Positions 51,920 through 61,410 of a stretch of DNA of 64,000 nt are shown here, piece by piece (positions within the stretch are counted from its first letter, which is position 1; the number at the start of each line of letters is the position of its first letter). A program made the position numbers and the translations under genes. Under the pieces are notes generated by a model. The model worked only from the letters and a program-made list of their open reading frames with translations. It was not told the DNA's origin and did no database searches. The DNA comes from Myxococcota bacterium (GTDB lineage Bacteria > Myxococcota_A > Polyangia > Nannocystales > Nannocystaceae): the NCBI GenBank assembly GCA_039028615.1, contig JBCCHT010000008.1, positions 160,001-224,000 on the forward strand, given 5' to 3'.

Positions 51920-52948
51920 TTGCCCGCTCGAGTGCCGCAACGGATACTCGGGTCTCGGGTGCTGGCTTCGTTCCTCTGCGCATGGTGCCTCGGCCCGGTC
52001 GGCACCTCGACTCCGGTGCAGACCCGCTGGGAGACCGTACCCGCGTGCGTCGACGCGGTGCGGGTCTCCCCCCGGGTCGTCGCGCTGATGGGCAGCGCAC
52101 CGGGCGAGCCGGTGCGGCTGTCGTTGGGTGCGGTGGAGCACGAAGAGGGCTGGCGGGTCTCGCTGGCGCTGGAGCGCGGGGACCTGTCGGTCACCCGAAC
52201 GCTCGAGGGCCGCGACTGCACCACGCTGACCGAGGCGGTGGCGTTGGTGGTGGCGGTGCAGCTCGACGCGGCTTCGGTGATCGAGCAGGTGCCCGTGCAG
52301 ACGGTCCGACCGCCGACCGAACGCCCCCGCGAAGCTCCGCCTGCCCCCGAACAGCGCCCGGCTCCGCCGCCCACGGTGTCCCCTCGGACGAGCGGGCCCG
52401 CGGATGCTCCCGTGCGTCCGCCGACCCGACGCTCGCGTCTCCGCGCGCACCTGGGAGCCTCGATCGCAGCCGAGCGCGGCATCTTGCCGGCTGCGGCCGC
52501 GTCGTTCGAGGTCAGCGCAGGCGTAGCCTGGCCTCACGCCCGCCTCGAGTTCGGTGCCCTCAGCTCGGTCGGCCCCGATGCCGCCGCCGCCACGCTGCCC
52601 TCGGTGGGCGGTCGCTTCCGACTCTTTGCGGGCACGCTGCGAGCCTGTGGGATCTTGGGCGAGCGCCGATTCCAGCTCCCGCTGTGCAGCACGGTGGAGC
52701 TGGGCGACCTGCGAGCGGTCGGCACCGGGTTGAGCACGCCCGAGACCATCGATGCCCTTTGGATCGCGCTGGGCGTCGGTGCGCGCCCGCAGTGGCGACT
52801 GGGGCCGAGGCTCGCGCTGGGTGGCCTCGTCGACGTGGTCTTGCCCGTACAACTGCATCGCTTCTCCACCGCCGAAGGGGGCCTCGTGCACGCAGTCGCC
52901 CCCGTGGCCACCCGCCTGGGCGTGGCCCTGTCGCTGCGGCTACCGTGA
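51920..52948 (+). CDS. Hypothetical exported protein, possibly a C-terminal beta-barrel, beside ECF sigma
   Basis: R.L...DC..L.EAVALVVA motif, Pro-rich linker and alternating beta-strand pattern. Start uncertain. Confidence 0.65.
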   Translation: MPARVPQRILGSRVLASFLCAWCLGPVGTSTPVQTRWETVPACVDAVRVSPRVVALMGSAPGEPVRLSLGAVEHEEGWRVSLALERGDLSVTRTLEGRDCTTLTEAVALVVAVQLDAASVIEQVPVQTVRPPTERPREAPPAPEQRPAPPPTVSPRTSGPADAPVRPPTRRSRLRAHLGASIAAERGILPAAAASFEVSAGVAWPHARLEFGALSSVGPDAAAATLPSVGGRFRLFAGTLRACGILGERRFQLPLCSTVELGDLRAVGTGLSTPETIDALWIALGVGARPQWRLGPRLALGGLVDVVLPVQLHRFSTAEGGLVHAVAPVATRLGVALSLRLP

Positions 52949-52964
52949 CGGGAGCACGGCGCCC

Positions 52965-54164
52965 ATGACGTCTTCGAGCCCACCGGACGCCTCGATCGCG
53001 GCGTTGTTCGACGAGCACTGCGGCTTCGTGTGTCGGGTGCTGCGGCACCACGGGATCGACGACGCCACGCTCGACGACGCGGTGCAGGACGTGTTCGTCA
53101 CCGCATATCGACGATGGTCGAGCTTCGAGGGCCGCAGCAGCGCGCGCACCTGGCTGTTCGGCATCGCCCGTCGGGTCGCCGCCCGCTACCGTCGCTCGGC
53201 CAGCACCCGGGCCCGGCACCTGTCGACGACCGCCGCCGCCCAGGCCTCCGACGGCATCGACGAACCATTCGCCCGGGCCCAAGCCGCCCAGAGCCTCGAC
53301 GCGCTGCTCCAGGGCATCGACCGCGAAAAACGCTCGGTGTTCGTGCTGTGCGAGGTCGAAGGCATGACCGCGCCCGAGGTTGCCGAGGCGCTGGGGCTGC
53401 CCGTAGGGACCGTGTATTCGCGACTGCGCGCGGCCTGGCAGGGCCTCGGCCGCGAGGCGGATCGCGAGCAACGACGGCTGCGCCGCGAGCTGACCCGCAC
53501 CCGACCCGAACCCGCGCCCGAGCGACGCCGCCGCATGTGGGGCCTGGTCAGCGCCGGGCTGACACCCCTCCACGCGGCGCCGATCGCCACCTCGGCGAGC
53601 TGGCTGGCGCAGATCAAATGGGCCGCGATCGGCGGCGCGGTGGCAACTGGGGTGCTCGGTGCGCGTGTGGCCATGGTGCGCGAGGCAGAGCCCTCGCCGC
53701 GCCCTGCGACGGTCACCGCCGTCGCCCCCTCGGAGCCGGGCCGACGCCCGCGCTCCGCTCCGCCGCCGACCCGGGATCCCGCCCCTTCGATCGACCCCGC
53801 CGCACCGGTCATGACTGCCCGCCCCACTCCGTCGCGCCCCGCCGTGGCACGCCCCGACCCCGCCGTACCGACGCCCCACGCTGCCTCGACGCGAGCGGTG
53901 CGCCCTTCGGCACCCAGGCCCACGGAGACGCTGAACCAGGAACTGGTGCTGCTGCGCGGCGCTCAGCAGGCGATTCGCGAGGGCCGAGGCCCGGCTGCGC
54001 TCGAGCTGCTCGAACGCCACGCGCGACAGTTTCCCCGCGGCCAGCTCGCTGGTGAGCGCCGCACCGCACGAATCAACGCCCTTTGCGCATCGGGACGACC
54101 CGAGGACGCATCACGCGAAGCCGAGGCCCTGGGTCGCGACCCAGCGACGGCCTGCTCCTCGTGA
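52965..54164 (+). CDS. ECF sigma factor fused to TM segment and TPR-like C-terminal domain
   Basis: Sigma2 (DDAVQDVF, RTWLFGIARR) and sigma4 (EVAEALGLPVGTVYSRLR), continuing in frame through a TM segment, a Pro linker and L..H...FP.G.L..ER. Confidence 0.85.
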   Translation: MTSSSPPDASIAALFDEHCGFVCRVLRHHGIDDATLDDAVQDVFVTAYRRWSSFEGRSSARTWLFGIARRVAARYRRSASTRARHLSTTAAAQASDGIDEPFARAQAAQSLDALLQGIDREKRSVFVLCEVEGMTAPEVAEALGLPVGTVYSRLRAAWQGLGREADREQRRLRRELTRTRPEPAPERRRRMWGLVSAGLTPLHAAPIATSASWLAQIKWAAIGGAVATGVLGARVAMVREAEPSPRPATVTAVAPSEPGRRPRSAPPPTRDPAPSIDPAAPVMTARPTPSRPAVARPDPAVPTPHAASTRAVRPSAPRPTETLNQELVLLRGAQQAIREGRGPAALELLERHARQFPRGQLAGERRTARINALCASGRPEDASREAEALGRDPATACSS

Positions 54165-54225
54165 TTCGTGGGCTTCTGGAGGGATCTTAGCCTTGCAAAA
54201 CTCACTCTGCTACCCTGCCCCCGTG

Positions 54226-54864
54226 ATGCCTTGGATTCGCGTTCTCTCGCTGTCGATCGCTGCGCTGGCCCTGGGCGCGGGCTGCCAGAACAACACGATC
54301 CAGCTCGAGTTCGACACGGACGGCAACCCGCCGATGACCGACGACTCGACCGGCGACGACGACGGTTCGATGACCACGACGCTCACCACCGCGGCCGAGT
54401 CGTCGACCGGAGCTCCGGTTGGCTCGAGCACCTACCTCCTCGCGGTGAGCACGCCGCTCGACCCCAGCCTGCCCTTCCAGGGCCTGGTGACCATCACCGA
54501 ACAAGCCGGGACCATCGACCTGTCCGTGCAGTGGCTCAGCCTCGACATCGGCAGCCGCACCTCGCCGCGCGAGCTGGTCGGCACCGTGTACACCTACTCG
54601 ATTCCGATCGACGACACCGGGTTCATCTACTGGGACGCCGGGCTCATCGACATTCCCGCCGCCGCCAACCCGATCACGGGGCAGGACGTGACCACCTCGT
54701 TCCTGGCCGGCGCCACGCCCATCGGCGACCCCGCGTACTGCGGCGAGGTGGCGGGAGACATCGTGACCCCCGCGCCGCTGTCGCTCGCCGGGTCGACCCA
54801 CGCCATGACCGAGGTCGCCGGGACCGCCAACCTCCCGACCGACTTCCTCAGCTTCTGCCCGTAG
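54226..54864 (+). CDS. Lipoprotein
   Basis: Lipobox GAGC and acidic linker. Confidence 0.75.
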   Translation: MPWIRVLSLSIAALALGAGCQNNTIQLEFDTDGNPPMTDDSTGDDDGSMTTTLTTAAESSTGAPVGSSTYLLAVSTPLDPSLPFQGLVTITEQAGTIDLSVQWLSLDIGSRTSPRELVGTVYTYSIPIDDTGFIYWDAGLIDIPAAANPITGQDVTTSFLAGATPIGDPAYCGEVAGDIVTPAPLSLAGSTHAMTEVAGTANLPTDFLSFCP

Positions 54865-54873
54865 CCGCGTCGC

Positions 54874-55287
54874 ATGGCCCGCGCTCCCATCATCCCGGCC
54901 ATTCGCTACCGGGATGCCCCGGCCGCGATCGAGTTTCTGTGCGAGGCCTTCGGCTTCGTTCGCCACCTCGTCGTGCCCGGTGAGGGCGACACCATCGCGC
55001 ACGCGCAGCTGCGGCTCGGCCACGGGATGATCATGGTGGGCAGCGCCCGCGAAGACGAGTTCGGTGCGCTCAACGTCGGGCCCGCGCAGGCCGGCGGCGT
55101 CACCCAGAGCGCCTACGTGGTGGTCGAGGCCATCGAGGCCCACTACGCGCGCGCCAAAGCGCACGGGGCCGAGATCGTCATGGACCTCGAGGACCAAGGC
55201 GGCCGCGGACCGCTGTACGTCGCACGAGACCCCGAGGGGCACGTGTGGAGCTTCGGTTCCTACGACCCTTGGGCGGGCGTCGAGTGA
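54874..55287 (+). CDS. VOC/glyoxalase (PhnB-like) family protein
   Basis: Y.DA.AAI.FL..AFGF, HAQL..G.G.IM and RDPEGH.WSFG motifs. Confidence 0.88.
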   Translation: MARAPIIPAIRYRDAPAAIEFLCEAFGFVRHLVVPGEGDTIAHAQLRLGHGMIMVGSAREDEFGALNVGPAQAGGVTQSAYVVVEAIEAHYARAKAHGAEIVMDLEDQGGRGPLYVARDPEGHVWSFGSYDPWAGVE

Positions 55288-56318
55288 CCAACGTGCCGCC
55301 TCGAGCGCTGGTCGACGCCCCCGAGGACGCAGAGGCCTTTCGGGCCCATGCCGCCGTCCTCAAGGCGCGAAACGATCCGCGGGGCGAGTTCATCGAGCTC
55401 CAGCTCCAGCTGGAAGACGAGACCCTCGACGACGACACCCGCACCGAGCTGGCCACCCGGCAGGCCGACCTCCTCCACGCCTGGAAGCACGAGTGGCTCG
55501 GTGCGCTGTTCGAGTTCTTCGGCGACGAGGACATCGGCTACGGGTTTCGTCGCGGGTACCTCGACAACCTGGGCGCCGACCTCACCGATACACAGCTCGG
55601 GCAACTCGGCGAGCACCGCTTGCTTCGCGAGCTGTGGCTCCACGGCAGCGAGGTCACCGACGCGGGCGTGGCCCACCTGCGGGGGCTTCCCGGGCTGCGT
55701 ACGCTGGCGCTGAAGGCCAGCGGCGCCACCGATGCCGGCCTCGCGATCGTCGGAGAGCTGACGACCCTGCAGTCGCTCTACGTGTCTCGTCGGCGGGCGA
55801 CCGATCCCTTGTCCTTCAGCGCCGCGGGTATCGAACACCTGCGGGGCCTCACCGGGCTTCGCGATCTATCTCTGAGCGGACTGCCGGTCGCCTACAGCTT
55901 GGCCCACCTGCGGGGGCTCACCGCGCTCGAAGACCTGGACCTGTCGAAGACCTGCGTGAACGACACGGATCTGCCGCCCCTGGCCGGCTTCACCTCGCTG
56001 CGGCGCCTCGAGCTATCGGAGAACGCGGTGACGGACGCGGGATTGGTTCACCTGCGGGAGCTGTCGTCGCTCGAGCACCTGTCGCTGGCGCGGACCGAGA
56101 TCACCGACGCCGGGTTGGCCCACCTGCGGGAGCTTTCTGCTCTGCAGTCGCTGTCGCTATGGGACGACGCGATCACCGACGACGGGCTCGTGCACCTGCG
56201 CGAGCATGCTGCACTCACCAATTTATCGCTGGTGAGCACCCGGGTGACCAAGCGGGGCGTGGACGAGCTGAAGGCCCACCTGCCCGGCTGCAAGATCGAC
56301 ATGTGGATGGCCTTTTAG
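55284..56318 (+). CDS. Leucine-rich repeat protein with TIGR02996-like N-terminus
   Basis: DPRGEFI.LQL, FRRG and 24-aa LRRs (TDAGL.HL..L..L..LSL); GTGA overlap. Confidence 0.85.
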   Translation: MTNVPPRALVDAPEDAEAFRAHAAVLKARNDPRGEFIELQLQLEDETLDDDTRTELATRQADLLHAWKHEWLGALFEFFGDEDIGYGFRRGYLDNLGADLTDTQLGQLGEHRLLRELWLHGSEVTDAGVAHLRGLPGLRTLALKASGATDAGLAIVGELTTLQSLYVSRRRATDPLSFSAAGIEHLRGLTGLRDLSLSGLPVAYSLAHLRGLTALEDLDLSKTCVNDTDLPPLAGFTSLRRLELSENAVTDAGLVHLRELSSLEHLSLARTEITDAGLAHLRELSALQSLSLWDDAITDDGLVHLREHAALTNLSLVSTRVTKRGVDELKAHLPGCKIDMWMAF

Positions 56319-57424
56319 GGGTAGTGCGCGACGAGCTGGAGATCGTCGAAGTAGGCGTCGCAGAAGTTCCCCGCCGACTTGCGGCAGCACAGCTCGACCT
56401 GGATGAAGCGGGTGCCCTCGGGCGCGGGTCGCTCGTCATCGAACGAGGTCCACTCGTCGTCGAGGTTCCACTCGGAATCCCACGACTCGGACACCGCCAT
56501 CATCTCGTCGCGGTAGTGCACCAGCATGCGACCTTCGTCGTTGGCGACCTGGAGGCTTCGAACCTGCCCCGCGAATGAAAACCGCATCAGCCCCATGTCG
56601 ATGGTCGATGCCCACGCCGAGACGTCGACCGTCTGCCTCAAGTACAAGGGGGTGTCGTTGGGGCCGGTGTCGGCCCCGATGAAGTTGGATCCTTCGACCG
56701 GATCGACGTCCCCGAAGGGCTCGAAGGTCGCCCACTCGCCCGTGCCGTCGCTGGTCCAGCCGGGCGGGGGACTCCCCACCATCTCGCCGCCGGGATTGAC
56801 GAGCAGGTTGGCGCTGCTGCCCGTGCCGCCGCCCGCCAAGGGCCGCGTGACGTCGGGCCCCTGGTCATAGGCCAGCGCCAGCATCACCGCGTGCAAACCG
56901 ACCTCCATGGGCGTGAACGCGACGCTGACCGTGCAGGTATCGTCCACGTCGAGCGTGTCGCCACAGCTTCCCAAGAGCCCGGGGAACTCGCCGCCCTCGT
57001 AGGCAAAGTGCGGGGACAAGGGGAGCCCGGTGAGGCCGGTGGCCATGCCGTCGCCGACGTTGGTCACCGTGAACGAATGGAGGAGTGACTCGCCCAAGAC
57101 GACGTCACCGAAGTCGTAGACCGGCCCGTCCGAGATCTCGAGCTGCGGGACCCCGGACGCGGTCGTGCCCTCGGTCGTCGCGGACGGCGAGCCCGAGCTC
57201 GACGTTTCGCCGCCCGTGGCGTCGTCGGCCTCGTCGGTCGTCCCCGAGCCCGGGTCGGGGGTCATCGACGTGGTCGCGTTCGGCGAGGCCCCTCCGCTGG
57301 AGCCCGAGCCGCCGTCGAGCCCCGAAGGGGGCGGACCGGGCTGCCCGATGCAGGCGACGATCGAGGCCAATGACGCGATCGGAGCGACGGCTCCGAACCT
57401 CCAAGACCTGCTTCGCCGCCCCAC
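56315..57424 (-). CDS. Lipoprotein with Ig-like (choice-of-anchor D-like) and jelly-roll domains
   Basis: Lipobox IVAC; YDFG.V......FTVTN.G...C...L.....C.V.V.F.P; NLL.NPG.E...YFDDL. Confidence 0.7.
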   Translation of the reverse strand: MGRRSRSWRFGAVAPIASLASIVACIGQPGPPPSGLDGGSGSSGGASPNATTSMTPDPGSGTTDEADDATGGETSSSGSPSATTEGTTASGVPQLEISDGPVYDFGDVVLGESLLHSFTVTNVGDGMATGLTGLPLSPHFAYEGGEFPGLLGSCGDTLDVDDTCTVSVAFTPMEVGLHAVMLALAYDQGPDVTRPLAGGGTGSSANLLVNPGGEMVGSPPPGWTSDGTGEWATFEPFGDVDPVEGSNFIGADTGPNDTPLYLRQTVDVSAWASTIDMGLMRFSFAGQVRSLQVANDEGRMLVHYRDEMMAVSESWDSEWNLDDEWTSFDDERPAPEGTRFIQVELCCRKSAGNFCDAYFDDLQLVAHYP

Positions 57425-57437
57425 CTCGGCTCGAATG

Positions 57438-60400
57438 CTAGCACCGACCCACCGCAGTGGGGACCGGGGAAACCCGGGGGCCAGGGACCGCAGGGGGTCG
57501 AGCCGGCATCGCTTGCACCGTTGCTCCGCGGCGGTCGACCTCGCCGACTCCAGGTGCCTTGCGGCCGCTCATCTTCGCCAACAGGTCATTTTGGAGTCGG
57601 CGGAAGATGGCATCCGAACTCAAGGGGTTCTTGCGCTGCGCTTGGAACTTGTCGACGCACCACTTGAAGTTGCCCTCCAGCGTGAAGTCGGCGAGAGCCG
57701 GATCCGCCCGACAGCCCTCGGCAATCTCGCGGGCCTTGGCGTAGATCTTCTGGAACGAGACATCGACCGCGGTGGCATCGGCGGGCACCCGCGAGCTCTT
57801 GCCGTAGACCTCGAGCCACTTGTCCGCCCGAGCCCGTTGCTCGGGGGACAAGCGCGACGCCAGGCGATCGAGCTGCTCGCGGTAGACCTGCTCGGCGCCC
57901 TCCCCGAAGAGCTGTCGGCAGTGCCGGAGGATGTTGTACACGCCGTCGGTCGTGTCCTGGGGGCACTCGGCCTGCTCGATCCGCAGCGACACGTAGTCTT
58001 CGAGGTCGCCGTAGTCCTCGGCCGCACTCGGCCTTTCGAGGACATTGGCCGACAGCAGGTGCATGATCCGGTAGTTGGTCGACTTGAGGTGGTTCATCTG
58101 CTCGAGCCGAGCCGAGTCCCCCGCCTCGCCCCGGTACCACTCGAACTCGTGCCGATAGTAGTCGAGGGCGCGCTCGTAGATCTCGGTCATCTCGTCGGAG
58201 TAGAAGCCGCTCGAGCGGATCAGCGTCCAGACCTTCGACCGCTCCACGCTCTCCCGCGTGATGGCGGGGGCGTCGTTTTCGGCGCCGAGCTCGTTCGCGT
58301 CGTCGACGTTGAAGATCATCGCCTCCACGGTGAGCAATAGCGGGAAGCACTGCCAGAACTCGTCGCGGCTCCAGCCGTTGCCCTGGTAGTACACATGGTA
58401 CGAACAAAGGACGTTGCGGAGCGCTCGGCGGATGGAATCGAGCGGCAGGGTGTCGAGGTCGAAGGGATCGCGCTCGCTCGTCACCGGCTTCAGTATCGCC
58501 GCGGGCATCGCCCCCGGCCGGGTGAACCCGGCGATGCCCTGGGCCAGCTCGCCGACCCACGTGCGCATCGCTTCGTTCTGCCGCCCGAGTGCCTGCTCGA
58601 GCCGCCCCAGGTCCTCCACCACGTCGGCGAACAGCGCTTCCAGCCTGCGCAGAGTGTAGTCCAGGCTCCCGTGCTCCTCGAGCACCGCCAGTAGCCGTCG
58701 CTTGTCCTCGTCGGTCTTGTCGGCCTTGGCAAAGACCTCCATGAATACGTCGTAGGTGTCGGGATGTTCACCGATGCAGTGCACGACCGGATACGAGAAC
58801 TTCCCTTCGTCGAAGTCCGAGGCCATGCCGCCCTTTTTGGCGAAGTATGCCTCCGACGTGAGGTCGAGGTAGTCGTCGCGCACCTGGAAGAACACGCCGA
58901 TGTTGTCGGAAAAGCGCAGCACGGTGTCGTGAATGTCCGAGGAGACCGCCCGCGGGCTCAGCTCCAGCAAGCACGCCGCGAACACCCGGAAGAAGCTGCC
59001 CGTCTTGTTGGAGACCATCGCGAGGTAGGCGTCTTCGCTCGGGCACTGGCCCTTCTCGCGGAAGTACACGTCGTGGCTCTGGCCCACGTGCGCCCGCGCC
59101 GACTCCTCGAGGTACGCCAGCAGGCAGCCCTCGCCGAGGTTGAGGTAGGTCGACAGCAGGATCTGGAAGAACGAGGTGTACGCGGCCCCCAACGCCTGGT
59201 TCGTGCCGAACTGCACGTGGGCGCTGGCCTGCGTCCGCCGCACGTCCGTGTCGTCCATGACGTCGTCGATCAGCAAGGAGCAGTTGTGGATGCACTGCCC
59301 CGTCTCCAGCAGGTGCGCCATCTGATCGGTCGCCACATCGAGCCAGGCGTTGATGGCCATGGCGAACTTGACGCGATGCCCGCTGCCCTTCTTCTCCGTG
59401 GTGTACAGCAGGGGATCGAAGATCGGGTCCTCGGTATCGAGGTACGTGCCCAAGTTCGACGGGAACGACAGCGGCATCTTGTCCACCATCGTCATGTCGA
59501 CCCTGGACCACTCGCGCACGCGCTCGGCGAGCCGCTCCTTCATGACCCGGGAGCTGCCCTCGAGACCCTGGCCCCCGAGCAACAAGGGCAGGAGATCGAG
59601 GCCCCCGTGCTTGCTACTGAAGTCCTGCAGCAGGTCCATGGCCGCCCCATAGGCCTCGTCCAGGGTGTTCTGCAGCGACCCCTCGAACTGCATGAAGGGC
59701 ATCAGCGTGTCGATGAAGGCCTCGATCAGATCGGGCTCCACCAGGTCGAACATGTGGGGCTTGCCCTCGGCGAAGAGCAGCTCGTCCATCTGCACCAGCG
59801 GCTGGAGCATCCGGGTGACCTTGTCGTGCTTCTCCGTGAAGATCTCGCACGGCGCTCCCGAGTACTGCGCGTCCCTCAGCACCGCGTTGGCCGCCCGCCG
59901 CCCGCTCTCGTTGGCCGACTCCATGGTGGCCACATAGGCCGAGGTCCGGGTGAAGTCGCCCGCGATGTACAGGTTAGTGATGGCGGTCTCGTTGGTCGGT
60001 CGGTTGTGCCACGACGCGACCTTGTTCATGAACAGCGGCGTCTCGTTGTACGACTGGTCGTCCCCGGTCAGGTGAACGCCCGGGTCGACCTCCGAGTGCA
60101 GGACCTCCATCTGGGCGAAGCTCGCCGCGTACGCCTCGGGCGCGTAGGCCCGCAGCTGCGCCTCGACTTCTTCGATGAGCTCGGCCTTGGTGCAGTGCTT
60201 GGCCGGCTTGCGGACCTCGATCCCGGGCGCGTCCCAGTCGGCGATGATCAGCGACAAGATCGCGCCGTAGTCCTCGCTGTCGAAGCGCTCGTCCCAGAAG
60301 TCCGTCTGCTGGATGCAGGAGATCGACCACGGAGAGCTGCAGAAGCCGAGGTGCCCCCGCGGCATGTCCATGGGCTGCTTCAGATACAGCTGCAGGCCCG

Positions 60401-61274
60401 TCTGCCAGTCCGACTCCAGCGCGGGGAGCTTCTGGAGCATGGGGTCCTTGGCCACCATCGCCTCGGGCAGCAGCGCCTCCAGGTTGGCGTGCGGAATGGC
60501 CAGGACGTAGTAGTCGGCCTCCTCGGTGAACGAAGTCCCATGCTGCGTGAGCTCCAGCCCGGTGATCTGCTCGCCGTCGTGGCGGATCTTCTCCACGGTG
60601 ACGTCCTGGTGAATGACCACGCCCAGCGACCGCAGGTGACGTTCCCAGTAGTCGAACCACGTGTCGTTGGTGGGGCCCTCGAGAATGTCCAGGCCGGGGT
60701 TCACCAGCAGCCGATTGATGCTGTAGCTCATCGCGCGAACGGAGACCTCGGTCGAGTGCACCGAGGCCGTCGCCTTGGCCATGTTCTTGAAGAAGTGCAC
60801 GACCGTCTCGGACTCGCCCTGCAGGCTCTGCTCGACGTAGTCGTCCCAGTTCGTGTCCCCGAGCTCGCCCTCGTGCCGCGCCTTGCACGAACTCATCGCC
60901 TTGATCCACGCGACCGGAGGCCGAATGGGCACGGGCTCCGGCTTCACGAACGAGAACGAGTAGTCATCGATGGTGAGCTCGTCGACCGCGGTCAGGTGCT
61001 CGAACACGGTCTGCCCTGCCTCTTTGCCGGGGATCCGCGCCAGCGTGTGGTGCAGGTTCTCGTACCAGCGCAAGAAGAACCGAAAGCCGTGCTCGGCGGC
61101 GTGGCTCCCACCGTTGAGATAGAAGCTGCGGGCCTTGCCCCCCAGCTCCGCGTTGCGGTCGTAGACCGTGACGTCGAAGCCACGCTCGGCCAGCTCGTGC
61201 GCGGCCGTGAGTCCCGAAATACCTCCGCCCACCACCAATACTCGGGCGGGGCGTAACTCGCCTGTGTTCACCAT
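57438..61274 (-). CDS. Fusion: FAD-dependent desaturase-like oxidoreductase + polyprenyl diphosphate synthase + terpene-synthase-like domain
   Basis: VVGGGISGLTAA, EHGFR, NLYIAGD and TMESANESGRRAAN. SLLIDDVMD...RR, KTG and FQVRDDY...D.DEGKFSYP. A third helical domain has VDDANE and KS..YR. Confidence 0.85.
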   Translation of the reverse strand: MVNTGELRPARVLVVGGGISGLTAAHELAERGFDVTVYDRNAELGGKARSFYLNGGSHAAEHGFRFFLRWYENLHHTLARIPGKEAGQTVFEHLTAVDELTIDDYSFSFVKPEPVPIRPPVAWIKAMSSCKARHEGELGDTNWDDYVEQSLQGESETVVHFFKNMAKATASVHSTEVSVRAMSYSINRLLVNPGLDILEGPTNDTWFDYWERHLRSLGVVIHQDVTVEKIRHDGEQITGLELTQHGTSFTEEADYYVLAIPHANLEALLPEAMVAKDPMLQKLPALESDWQTGLQLYLKQPMDMPRGHLGFCSSPWSISCIQQTDFWDERFDSEDYGAILSLIIADWDAPGIEVRKPAKHCTKAELIEEVEAQLRAYAPEAYAASFAQMEVLHSEVDPGVHLTGDDQSYNETPLFMNKVASWHNRPTNETAITNLYIAGDFTRTSAYVATMESANESGRRAANAVLRDAQYSGAPCEIFTEKHDKVTRMLQPLVQMDELLFAEGKPHMFDLVEPDLIEAFIDTLMPFMQFEGSLQNTLDEAYGAAMDLLQDFSSKHGGLDLLPLLLGGQGLEGSSRVMKERLAERVREWSRVDMTMVDKMPLSFPSNLGTYLDTEDPIFDPLLYTTEKKGSGHRVKFAMAINAWLDVATDQMAHLLETGQCIHNCSLLIDDVMDDTDVRRTQASAHVQFGTNQALGAAYTSFFQILLSTYLNLGEGCLLAYLEESARAHVGQSHDVYFREKGQCPSEDAYLAMVSNKTGSFFRVFAACLLELSPRAVSSDIHDTVLRFSDNIGVFFQVRDDYLDLTSEAYFAKKGGMASDFDEGKFSYPVVHCIGEHPDTYDVFMEVFAKADKTDEDKRRLLAVLEEHGSLDYTLRRLEALFADVVEDLGRLEQALGRQNEAMRTWVGELAQGIAGFTRPGAMPAAILKPVTSERDPFDLDTLPLDSIRRALRNVLCSYHVYYQGNGWSRDEFWQCFPLLLTVEAMIFNVDDANELGAENDAPAITRESVERSKVWTLIRSSGFYSDEMTEIYERALDYYRHEFEWYRGEAGDSARLEQMNHLKSTNYRIMHLLSANVLERPSAAEDYGDLEDYVSLRIEQAECPQDTTDGVYNILRHCRQLFGEGAEQVYREQLDRLASRLSPEQRARADKWLEVYGKSSRVPADATAVDVSFQKIYAKAREIAEGCRADPALADFTLEGNFKWCVDKFQAQRKNPLSSDAIFRRLQNDLLAKMSGRKAPGVGEVDRRGATVQAMPARPPAVPGPRVSPVPTAVGRC

Positions 61275-61353
61275 GATGGAATCCCATGACCGAGGCGGGG
61301 AGAGCCGCCTCGCGCGAGTGGAGTCCCGACCACTGCCGAATCCTTTCAAGCAA

Positions 61354-61397
61354 TCGTCCCTTCGCCGCCCGAAGAGCTCGGGCGGCGAAGGGGACGA
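61354..61397. terminator. Long hairpin downstream of rtcB
   Basis: TCGTCCCTTCGCCGCCCGA...TCGGGCGGCGAAGGGGACGA near-perfect inverted repeat, 13 nt after the rtcB stop. Confidence 0.7.
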
Positions 61398-61410
61398 AAT
61401 GGCGCCGAAA

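Noticed and set aside
55640..56270. ~72-bp periodic repeats
   Set aside because: These are coding leucine-rich repeats, not a CRISPR array; there are no identical repeats with unique spacers and no cas genes.
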